From positions 210,001-242,000 of the forward strand of contig NC_002937.3 in the NCBI RefSeq assembly GCF_000195755.1: a DNA stretch of 32,000 nt. Direction: 5' to 3'. The stretch's first letter is position 1. Every line of letters starts with the position of its first letter. The notes beneath the pieces were generated by a model. That model was not told the origin of the DNA. It searched no databases and worked only from the letters and a program-made list of their open reading frames with translations. Below, in pieces: positions 8,785 to 16,233 of this stretch. The translations under genes and the position numbers were made by a program. The stretch comes from Nitratidesulfovibrio vulgaris str. Hildenborough (GTDB taxonomy: Bacteria; Desulfobacterota; Desulfovibrionia; Desulfovibrionales; Desulfovibrionaceae).

Positions 8785-8814
8785 ATTGTAAGGTGATTGT
8801 TCTTATGCGTACAA
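8785..8814 (-). promoter_or_regulatory. Candidate sigma-70 promoter of the oxidoreductase operon: TTGTAC -18 nt- TACAAT
   Basis: The reverse complement of 8785-8814 reads TTGTAC gcataagaacaatcacct TACAAT. It sits in the only AT-rich patch of this intergenic region and implies an approximately 185-nt leader. Confidence 0.35.
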
Positions 8815-8878
8815 ACCCCGTTCGTTTCTTGTCATCCTCCACTGGAGGCCCTGTAGACTGAGGTGCCGGAGGGCGCGT

Positions 8879-8926
8879 GGTGCGTCGTCCCATCAGGACG
8901 CGGGTGCGTCGTACCATCAGGACGCG
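8879..8926. repeat. Two tandem 24-bp repeats GGTGCGTCGT(C/A)CCATCAGGACGCG, each containing the inverted repeat GCGTC-N10-GACGC
   Basis: Read directly: 8879-8902 and 8903-8926, one mismatch. They lie 65-110 nt upstream of the candidate -35 and about 290-335 nt upstream of ATG 8591. Confidence 0.9.
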
Positions 8927-9212
8927 TCGGACGTTCTGCCCTCAGCCACATGGTACCACGCATCGCCGTGGTGGGGATGATAATCGGAAAAAGGGGAGGC
9001 AGTGCTGTGCGGCAGCACGGGCGGGACATCCTGCCCGTCCCGGATGCGGGCGGCGTTCATGTCAGCCACTGCGGGCGACAGGGGTAGATGGCGGTGCATG
9101 TCGGCCATGCGGACTGCCATCGTCCCGGACAGGGAGACCGGGTGCGGGGGCGGGCTGGGGTGCCCTGTGCCGGGTCGCTGTGCGGGCGCAAGATAAGATG
9201 TGGCGGCGAAAT

Positions 9213-9241
9213 CCGGCCCGCGGGAGTGCCCCGCAGGCCGG
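9213..9241 (-). terminator. GC-rich hairpin downstream of the FmdE-fusion gene (possible terminator)
   Basis: CCGGCC-C-GCGGG-AGTGC-CCCGC-A-GGCCGG, 17 nt downstream of stop 9258. On the minus strand it is followed by ATTTCGCC (poor T tract). Confidence 0.3.
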
Positions 9242-9257
9242 ACGGAAGATGGTGTGG

Positions 9258-10889
9258 TTAACCCCGGCCGAAGGGACACTTGGGGAAGCTGCATGAACGG
9301 CATTCCATGCACAGCCCACCATGTCCCATCCGCGCAAGGTCGAGACGGGTCACGGAAAGCCCGGCGAGAAGCCGCGGCAGCAGCAGGTCGAGGGCCGTGG
9401 TCTTGAAGAAGAGGGCGCACGCCGGTACGCCGATGACCTGCGCCCCGCCGATGCGCCCGATGAGGGTCATGGTGCCGGGCAGCACGGGTACGCCATGCAG
9501 CATCTCGGTCAGTCCGGCGTCGAGAAGGCCCTTGCGTGTCATGTCGTCGGGGTCGACGGAAAGTCCCGCCGTGGTGACGATGAGGTCGGCGCCTGCTGCC
9601 AGAAGGTCATGCACGCCACGCGTGATGAGGGGTGCGTCGTCGGGTGCGATGACCGTCCCTGCCATGTCACAGCCCAGCTGGTTGGCCTTCTGCGTGATGA
9701 TGGGGGCGAACTTGTCTTCGATGATGCCTCTGAACACCTCCGTACCCGTGACGAGAACCCCGACCTTCGCCTTGCGCATGGGGGCAACGCTGAAGAGGGG
9801 GCCGCCTTCAAGCAACGTGGTCGCCTTGGCGAGGTTCAGCGTGGAGAGATAGAGGGGGATGGCGCGTGTGCCTGCCACGCGCGTGCCCGCAAGCACCACA
9901 CCGTGCGTGTGACGGGTGGCGCACATGACATCGGGCACGAGGTTGAACTGTTCCAGACGGCGCGTATCCACCACGAGCACACCGTCACGGGTGGCGCGGA
10001 AGTTGATCTTGCCTTCGCGTACGGGGCCTTCGGGTTCGATGCCGTCACCGGGCATGAGTTCGCCGAAGGCGCGGGCTGCCTCGTCCTCATGCACCCACCC
10101 TTGCATGTCGCCGGTCTCTTCGCGGACGTATACCCGGTTGCGTCCCATCATCTGCAAGCGGCATACGTCGCCCGCCCCAAGCTCCTGTCCTGCCACGAAC
10201 TCGGCCCCTTTGCTCTCTCCGGGCACGATGCGCGTCATGTCATGCAGGGCGTGCTTGCCCACGGCCTCTTCGACGGGCACGGCCCTGAGTTCGGGCTGTC
10301 CGGGGAAGGAGAGGCCGGGGCCCACCTCGTAGGGCGACTCACCCTGACACGAACGACAGATGCCCCCGAATGCGGAGGGGTGGTACTCGCCGCACAGCGG
10401 ACATGCCACGATGGTGCCGCCCTTGCCGCCGTGGCCCAGCGCATCGGGTCGGATGGTGACGGGGCGCAGGGTCAGCAGGTCGAAGGCCGCCTCGCGAATC
10501 TCCTGCTGCAGGCGTTCCGTATCCTGTTCACGCTTGGGTTTGAGCTTGAGGAACCATGCCTTGATTTCAGGGAATCGCTCAAGTTTCTGGCTGTCGATGT
10601 GCACTCGCACGCCCACACCGGTGTGCTTGTCGAAAAGGGAGAGGGCGTAGAGGCCGAAGTTGCGGATGCGCAGCCAGCCGTTGCCGATGGTGCAGGGCGT
10701 GAGCATCTGCACGGCGTCGGGCAGGCATTGGCCCGTCTCGCTGATGGCGTCGAAGAGGATGCCTTCGGGAAGGGCGCGTCGCGCCATCTCCACCATGTAG
10801 CCGCCGATGATGAGGCCGGGTGCGGGATAGCCGTGGAACTTGCGGGCCTCTTCCATGAAGGCGTCGTGCGTGTACGGGCCGATGAGCAT
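9258..10889 (-). CDS. FmdE-domain :: zinc ribbon :: molybdopterin-binding (MoCF_biosynth/MoeA-like) fusion protein
   Basis: ORF track 9258..11012. I prefer ATG 10889 (MLIGPYTHDAFMEEARKFHGYPAPGLIIGGYMV...), with GGAGG 4 nt upstream. FmdE-like: FHGYPAPG...ISETGQCLPDAVQMLTPCTIGNGWL. Zn ribbon: CPLCGEYHPSAFGGICRSC. MoCF-binding: KVGVLVTGTEVFRGIIEDKF...GADLIVTTAGLSVDPDDMT. Confidence 0.8.
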   Translation of the reverse strand: MLIGPYTHDAFMEEARKFHGYPAPGLIIGGYMVEMARRALPEGILFDAISETGQCLPDAVQMLTPCTIGNGWLRIRNFGLYALSLFDKHTGVGVRVHIDSQKLERFPEIKAWFLKLKPKREQDTERLQQEIREAAFDLLTLRPVTIRPDALGHGGKGGTIVACPLCGEYHPSAFGGICRSCQGESPYEVGPGLSFPGQPELRAVPVEEAVGKHALHDMTRIVPGESKGAEFVAGQELGAGDVCRLQMMGRNRVYVREETGDMQGWVHEDEAARAFGELMPGDGIEPEGPVREGKINFRATRDGVLVVDTRRLEQFNLVPDVMCATRHTHGVVLAGTRVAGTRAIPLYLSTLNLAKATTLLEGGPLFSVAPMRKAKVGVLVTGTEVFRGIIEDKFAPIITQKANQLGCDMAGTVIAPDDAPLITRGVHDLLAAGADLIVTTAGLSVDPDDMTRKGLLDAGLTEMLHGVPVLPGTMTLIGRIGGAQVIGVPACALFFKTTALDLLLPRLLAGLSVTRLDLARMGHGGLCMECRSCSFPKCPFGRG

Positions 10890-10924
10890 GGAACCTCCGG
10901 GCGTGATTGTGGCGTGCGTGAGGG

Positions 10925-10947
10925 GCGACCGTGTGGTCGCGTGACGG
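10925..10947. promoter_or_regulatory. Operator-like element GCGACC-GTGT-GGTCGC followed by GTGACGG, upstream of the FmdE-fusion gene
   Basis: Read directly, 36-58 nt upstream of ATG 10889. GGTCGCGTGACGG matches GGTCACGTGACCG (1068-1080) at 11/13 positions. Confidence 0.4.
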
Positions 10948-11144
10948 TTTGCCATAGCAGAAGGCGGACAGGTTTGTCGCCCCCTGTCATGTTGGTGCAA
11001 GAACAAGGGCATATGCGTTGCGCTACGAGTGGACGCAGGTGCTTCCGGGACTGCTGGCGGTGTCGTTTGGGGCTGTCCGTTTATGCGCGAGGTGTGCTGC
11101 CGGAGGAGACGTGACAGGCACGGCGGCAGGCTGCCGGAGGATGT

Positions 11145-12044
11145 CTACGGGGCGGGCGGGAACGGACGCAAGGGCGTGTCGGTGCGCAGGCGCTGGGCCC
11201 GCAAGGCTGCGAGGCATTCGCCCGGGATGTCGGTGATGATGCCGGATACGCCCATGCGGGTGAGGCGCGCCACCTCGCGCAGGCTGTTCACCGTCCACAC
11301 GTTGACGTGAAGTCCGGCGGCGATGCAGGCACCAAGCGCGTGGTCATCCATGAGGGTGCTGCGGGGGTGCAGGGCCACGGCCCCGGCCTCGTGGCACAGG
11401 GCGAGAGGCGCGTTGTCGCCGATGGATTCGATGAGAAGTGCCGTGGGGATGTGCGGCCTCTTGCGATGGGCTTCCCGCATGTAGTCGTGCCGGAAGGAGG
11501 AGAGCAGGACCGATGCCGCCATGGCGTGGTCATCCACCAGTGAGAGCACTTCGTCCACGACCGTCGCATCACCGGGTGTGCCCGCAAGGTCCTTGATTTC
11601 GACGTTCACCCGCCAGCGCAGGGAACGCGTCAACGCCAGTGCTTCAGCCAGCGTGGGGACAGGTTCACCCTTGTACGCGCGGCACATGCCGGGGCCCACT
11701 TCACCGAGGGCTATCCGACCGAAGGGGTCGCCTTCCACGAACCACGACCCGGCATCAAGGCCTCGTAACTCATCCAGGGTGAGTTCATGCACGGGCCATG
11801 GGGCGCGTCCGGCAAGGGCCGGGTGGAGTCTTGCGTCGGTGGTGCGGGCGCAGGTGTCGTCGTGCATGACGACCAGAACCCCGTCGCGTGTGCGGCAGAC
11901 ATCGAGTTCCCACAGGTCGGCACCGTGGTTGTGGGCGAGGCGGGCCGCCGCAAGGGTGTTCTCGGGGGCGTGCGCCCGTGCACCACGGTGGGCGATGACC
12001 AGCGGGCGTTGCCCGGAAGATGAGAAGAACGGGTTCGGCGTCAT
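11145..12044 (-). CDS. Glycerophosphodiester phosphodiesterase (GDPD/UgpQ family)
   Basis: ORF track, 299 aa. Motifs: LVIAHRGARAHAPENTLAA, DLWELDVCRTRDGVLVVMHDDT, WRVNVEIK. Confidence 0.85.
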   Translation of the reverse strand: MTPNPFFSSSGQRPLVIAHRGARAHAPENTLAAARLAHNHGADLWELDVCRTRDGVLVVMHDDTCARTTDARLHPALAGRAPWPVHELTLDELRGLDAGSWFVEGDPFGRIALGEVGPGMCRAYKGEPVPTLAEALALTRSLRWRVNVEIKDLAGTPGDATVVDEVLSLVDDHAMAASVLLSSFRHDYMREAHRKRPHIPTALLIESIGDNAPLALCHEAGAVALHPRSTLMDDHALGACIAAGLHVNVWTVNSLREVARLTRMGVSGIITDIPGECLAALRAQRLRTDTPLRPFPPAP

Positions 12045-12088
12045 GGCTTCGGTGTGTTCTGGTGCGGGTCTGCCATCGGGTCTGCATT

Positions 12089-12104
12089 GTGACCGGAAGG
12101 TTAC
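12089..12104. promoter_or_regulatory. Imperfect palindrome GTGACC-GGAA-GGTTAC upstream of the GDPD gene; contains the recurrent TGACCGGAA 9-mer
   Basis: Read directly, 45-60 nt upstream of ATG 12044. Confidence 0.4.
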
Positions 12105-12150
12105 ACTGCCAGATACAGGCCTTTGCGTCGAGTCCCGTGAGCGCGGGTGG

Positions 12151-12174
12151 GGGGAGTGCCGTACGGCACTCCCC
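12151..12174. terminator. Perfect hairpin GGGGAGTGCC-GTAC-GGCACTCCCC downstream of modA
   Basis: A 10-bp stem lies 20 nt downstream of the modA stop (12194). There is no T tract on either strand, so terminator function is uncertain. Confidence 0.35.
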
Positions 12175-12193
12175 GTTGACTTGCGAGTCGGGC

Positions 12194-13003
12194 CTAGGGC
12201 TTGCCGAATCCGTAGCGGGCGAGCACGGCCTGCCCTTCGGGGGAGAGGACGAATGCGACGAAGCGCTTCGCGGTCTCCGCGTCACGTGCGGCGGTGGCCA
12301 CGGCGATGGGATAGCTGACCGGCTTGTGCCCGGTCATGGTGGCGGCGACGCGAACCTTGTCGCGGGCGATGGCGGCATCGGTGGCGTAGACGAAACCGGC
12401 GTCCACCTCTCCTCGGGCCACATAGTCGAGTGCCTGACGGACGCTTTCAGCCACGATGAGCTTGGGTGTGAGGGTCTCCCACAGCCCGGCGGCAGTGAGG
12501 GCGGCCCTCGCATAGCGCCCGGCCGGCACGGAGTCGGGGTTGCCCACGGCGATATGGCGCACCTCGGCGGCCTTGAGGTCGGAGGCTGCGGCAATCTTGA
12601 GCGTCGAGGCTGCGGGCACGATGAGCACGAGGCCGTTGGTGGCGAAGTCCTTGCGCGTGGCCTTGTCCACCAGTCCGCCTGCTGCGGCCTTGTCCATGGT
12701 CTCCTGGTCGGCGGAGGCGAACACGTCCACGGGGGCGCCTTCCTGCATCTGGCGCAGTAGCGGGTTGGAGGCGGCGAAGTTGGTCGTCACCGTGTCGCCG
12801 GTCTTCTTCTCGAACAGCGTCTTGAGTTCGGTGAAGGCGTTGGTGAGGCTTGCCGCCGCCGAGACCGTGATGTTCCCGGCAAGCGCATCACCGGTGCGAA
12901 TGCCCAGAAGCGCGGCCACAAGGAAGAGCACAAGGGCACCTCTGTGCAGTGCTTTGCAGAGTGTGAAGCGGCGGAGGAAGGCGAAGCGTGATGACATGGA
13001 CAT
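12194..13003 (-). CDS. modA: Molybdate/tungstate ABC transporter periplasmic binding protein ModA
   Basis: ORF track, 269 aa, with a signal peptide. Diagnostic stretches: GNITVSAAASLTNAFTEL...TTNFAASNPLLRQMQEGAPVDVFASAD...AVGNPDSVPAGRYA. AGGAGG lies 4 nt upstream of ATG 13003. Confidence 0.9.
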   Translation of the reverse strand: MSMSSRFAFLRRFTLCKALHRGALVLFLVAALLGIRTGDALAGNITVSAAASLTNAFTELKTLFEKKTGDTVTTNFAASNPLLRQMQEGAPVDVFASADQETMDKAAAGGLVDKATRKDFATNGLVLIVPAASTLKIAAASDLKAAEVRHIAVGNPDSVPAGRYARAALTAAGLWETLTPKLIVAESVRQALDYVARGEVDAGFVYATDAAIARDKVRVAATMTGHKPVSYPIAVATAARDAETAKRFVAFVLSPEGQAVLARYGFGKP

Positions 13004-13036
13004 GGGGCCTCCTTGCGGATGCGGGTGGATGATGCA

Positions 13037-13143
13037 TGACCGGAAGCGTGGATACTCCTCTCCCGATTATGGCAGCGTTAGCCCTGCGTATCGCACCCGG
13101 CAACCCGGTCACCCTCATGGTGACGAACGTGACCGCATTCACG
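13037..13143. promoter_or_regulatory. modA/tunR divergent control region with clustered GTGACC-type half-sites
   Basis: Read directly: TGACCGGAAG (13037-13046), GGTCACC-CTCAT-GGTGAC (13107-13124), CGTGA-CCGCAT-TCACG (13128-13143). Confidence 0.55.
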
Positions 13144-13207
13144 CACGGCTGGACTTGGGGCAGGAGTGGAGGCATCGTACCCTCATACTTGAGCAACCGG
13201 AGACCCC

Positions 13208-14605
13208 ATGAAAGACGTCGCAGTCTCGGATGATGAGGTGGCCCGTGCCCGGCAGGAGGCCGATGGTGCCCCGCGAAAGCAGGCGCAGGTGGCCGCGGCG
13301 GATGGCGTAGCGCCCGGACACCCTGGCCTCACCGTTGCAGGGCGGCATGGCGCGGCGACAGGCGGGGCGCTCGCCTTCGAGGTGCCCGATGACGTGCGCT
13401 ATCTCACTGCGGAGCAACTGGAACGCCTCACGTCATCGTTCCGCGCGTGGTACGGGGCCGCCTCCAACGCAACGCAACGGCGCGCACGAGGCAGACTCTG
13501 GCTGGCCTTTCTGCTGTTCCGTTTCGGGGCGTTGCGTCTGGGGGAGGTGCTTGGCATCGACGACGAGGCCGACGTGGACAGGGGGCACGCGCTTCTGCAT
13601 GTACGGGGCGTCCAGCCGCGAGACGTGCCGCTGCCTGAACCGGTCATGGCAGAGGTGCTGCGGGTGCTCGACGACCCCATGATGTTCTCCCTGCGCGGAC
13701 AGGTGCTGCGGCTCGACCCCGGCTATCTGCGCCGCAGGTTCTATGAGCGTTCGGGGGGCTGCGGCATCCCCCGCGACCATCTCTCGCCTCGTGTCCTGCG
13801 GCATTCGCGAGCCATCGAACTCCTGCGGGGCGGTGTGCCCCTCAAGGTGGTGCAGCAGGTGCTCGGGCACCAGTCGGTGAGCCTTGCAGGCAACCTCCTG
13901 CGCTTCTCCGAGGACGACGCACGGCGCATCCTGCGCAACTATCTGCGCAAGGAGTCGCGGGTGAGGACGAGTGCGCGCAACGCCTTCACGGGGCGGGTCG
14001 TCTCGGTACGGCGCAGCGGCTTTCTGGTAGAGGTGGAGACGCTCACCCCTTCAGGCTTGCGGGTCGTGTCCATCATCACCGAAGAGAGTCGGCACAGCCT
14101 CGACATCGCACCGGGGGCTCTCGTCACGGCCACGGTGAAGGCCCCGTGGGTGATGCTGGCCCCGGCAGGGACGGGGGCGACGGGGCCGGGCCAGCCTTTT
14201 ATGGGCCAGACCGGCACGGACGCGTCAGCAGACCAGCCGACTGTGGCCCCGCCGGTGGTGGCACAGGCTGCCACTCCCGCAGCGTGCCGCGAAGACGAAT
14301 CCCGCGAGACACCGTGCCTTGCGGCGGCATGTCAGGCGGGGGCGGATGCCACCCGTGGCGAAGACGCTGCCGGTATGGACGTCGTGAAGGGCGGCGGGTG
14401 TTCTCTCGTGCGCAACCGCTATGCCGGAGTGGTGGCGCGGGTGCATGACGGAGGCGTAGCGGCCGAGGTGGTCGTCGACCTGCCCGAGGGGACGACCTTG
14501 TGCGCGCTTGTCAGCGGGGCGTGCGTGCGTGAACTCGCCCTCGCCGAGGGTGTGCCCGTGACAGTGCTGTTCAAGGCGTTCTCGGTCATTCTCAACGTGG
14601 TATGA
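13208..14605 (+). CDS. tunR: Mo/W-responsive transcription regulator of the TunR type: tyrosine-recombinase (XerD-like) fold fused to two TOBE/Mop domains
   Basis: ORF track, 465 aa; GGAG lies 5 nt upstream of ATG 13208. LSPRVLRHSRAIELLRGGVPLKVVQQVLGHQSVSLAGNLLRF aligns by eye with XerD [42 protein letters not shown]. TOBE 1: SARNAFTGRVVSVRRSGFLVEVE...ATVKAPWVML. TOBE 2: VRNRYAGVVARVHDGGVAAEVVV...VLFKAFSVIL. Confidence 0.8.
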   Translation: MKDVAVSDDEVARARQEADGAPRKQAQVAAADGVAPGHPGLTVAGRHGAATGGALAFEVPDDVRYLTAEQLERLTSSFRAWYGAASNATQRRARGRLWLAFLLFRFGALRLGEVLGIDDEADVDRGHALLHVRGVQPRDVPLPEPVMAEVLRVLDDPMMFSLRGQVLRLDPGYLRRRFYERSGGCGIPRDHLSPRVLRHSRAIELLRGGVPLKVVQQVLGHQSVSLAGNLLRFSEDDARRILRNYLRKESRVRTSARNAFTGRVVSVRRSGFLVEVETLTPSGLRVVSIITEESRHSLDIAPGALVTATVKAPWVMLAPAGTGATGPGQPFMGQTGTDASADQPTVAPPVVAQAATPAACREDESRETPCLAAACQAGADATRGEDAAGMDVVKGGGCSLVRNRYAGVVARVHDGGVAAEVVVDLPEGTTLCALVSGACVRELALAEGVPVTVLFKAFSVILNVV

Positions 14606-15353
14606 CCGCGCCCTCCAGCAGAAGCCCCTCCAGCATCTCCACCGTGGAGGGCATTCCGCTTCGCGCGGTGGCGAAGTCCAGCGGCGGCAGGGTGCGCCCT
14701 TCGGCATAGACGACCAGTGTCTGGGCGAAGGCGTCCACATCGTCGGGGTCGTGGGTGATGATGAGGGCGGGCACGCCGCACCGTTCGAGCAGTGACCCGA
14801 ATTCATCACGCATGCGGCGGCGCAGCAGCGGGTCGAGTGCCGAGAAGGGCTCGTCCAGCAGCAGCACCGAGGGGGATGTGGCCAAGGCCCTTGCCAGTGC
14901 CACGCGCTGCCGTTGCCCCCCGGAGATGTCGGCCGGGTACCTGTCTGCCACGTGTCCGATTTCGAAGAAGTTCAGAAGTTCATCCACCCGCTGGCGTCCC
15001 TCACGCCCCAGCCTCCATGGGCCGCGTTCCATGCCGAACCCCACGTTGCGACGTACCGTCAGATGCGGGAACAGGGCGTAGTCCTGGAACATGTAACCGA
15101 CATTGCGGCGGCGGGGCGGGATGTCCACGCGGGGACTTCCGTCGGCCTGTGCGTTGAAGAGCGTTCTGCCGTCGATGGTGATGACGCCCTCATCGGGCCG
15201 CGCGAGGCCCGCCACGCAATGCAATGTCAGCGTCTTGCCCGAACCGGAATGCCCGAAGAGCACCACCCGGCGCGCGTTCGAGGTGAAGTCGGCCCGCAGC
15301 GTGAACGGACGCCCGCACCCCGCCAGTTTTCTGGAAATGCGCACCTCGATCAT
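14592..15353 (-). CDS. modC: Molybdate ABC transporter ATP-binding protein ModC (short form, no C-terminal TOBE domain)
   Basis: ORF track 14592..15635. I prefer ATG 15353 (MIEVRISRKL...), which overlaps the modB stop in ATGA. Walker A: GHSGSGKT. Signature: ISGGQRQRVALARAL. Walker B: LLLDEPFSALD. Confidence 0.85.
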   Translation of the reverse strand: MIEVRISRKLAGCGRPFTLRADFTSNARRVVLFGHSGSGKTLTLHCVAGLARPDEGVITIDGRTLFNAQADGSPRVDIPPRRRNVGYMFQDYALFPHLTVRRNVGFGMERGPWRLGREGRQRVDELLNFFEIGHVADRYPADISGGQRQRVALARALATSPSVLLLDEPFSALDPLLRRRMRDEFGSLLERCGVPALIITHDPDDVDAFAQTLVVYAEGRTLPPLDFATARSGMPSTVEMLEGLLLEGAVIPR

Positions 15354-16051
15354 GACCACATCCTCCTGCCGCAGTGCGCAAGCCTCTCGGCCAGCAGAAG
15401 CACGCTCATGCATAGCACCGACGTGACAGCCACCAGCAGGGTGGCCTGTGCGTCGTTGCCCGACTGGAAGGCGTCGTAGATGGCAAGGGCGAGGGTCTGT
15501 GTCCTGCCCGGCAGGTTGCCAGCCAGCATGAGCGTCGCGCCGAATTCGCCCATGCCCCGCGCGAACGCCAGCATGGTGCCCGCGAAGATGCCACGCCATG
15601 CCAAGGGCAGCGACACCCGCACGAAGACCTTCCACTCGGACGCCCCCAATGTCCGTGCGGCACGCTCAAGCGAATGGTCGACCGATTCGAGGGCGGCGCG
15701 CGCCGCCTTGTAGATGAGCGGAAAGACCACCACCGTGGCGGCGACCACGGCCCCCTGCCACGAGAACATGAGGTTGATGCCCGCCTCCGCAAGCCATGGC
15801 CCCATGAGGCCGCGGCGTCCCACCAGCAGGATGAGGTAGTAGCCGAGTACCGTGGGCGGCAGCACCAGCGGCAGGGCGCACAGGGCGTCGATGATGCCCC
15901 GTCCCCTGAAAGGGCCGCGGGCCACGAACCATGCCGCCCCCACCCCGGCGAAGAACGAGAAGAAGGTCGCAAGGCCCGCCACCCGCAGGGTGAGCATGAC
16001 GGGGGCGGCGAGACTGACGCCGGAGGGGAGAATCGGGGCGAGGTCTGACAT
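15350..16051 (-). CDS. modB: Molybdate ABC transporter permease ModB
   Basis: ORF track, 233 aa, multi-TM. EAA-like loop: LERAARTLGASEWKVFVRVSLPLAWRGI. Translationally coupled to modC. Confidence 0.9.
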   Translation of the reverse strand: MSDLAPILPSGVSLAAPVMLTLRVAGLATFFSFFAGVGAAWFVARGPFRGRGIIDALCALPLVLPPTVLGYYLILLVGRRGLMGPWLAEAGINLMFSWQGAVVAATVVVFPLIYKAARAALESVDHSLERAARTLGASEWKVFVRVSLPLAWRGIFAGTMLAFARGMGEFGATLMLAGNLPGRTQTLALAIYDAFQSGNDAQATLLVAVTSVLCMSVLLLAERLAHCGRRMWS

Positions 16052-16233
16052 GGGTCTTCCCGGTTATGGTGTCATGTGGATGCGTGGCGTACGCCCCTTG
16101 CCCGTCGTCCCATGGGGAGTGCCTGTGTGGCGGTGGTGCGTTGGGCGGGCGTCAGCCTCAGCCGCCCCGTTGTCCCGGTTTGCGCCCGCGGGCACGGGAG
16201 CATGTGCGACTATGCGGAGAGTGGCGGTGCCGG

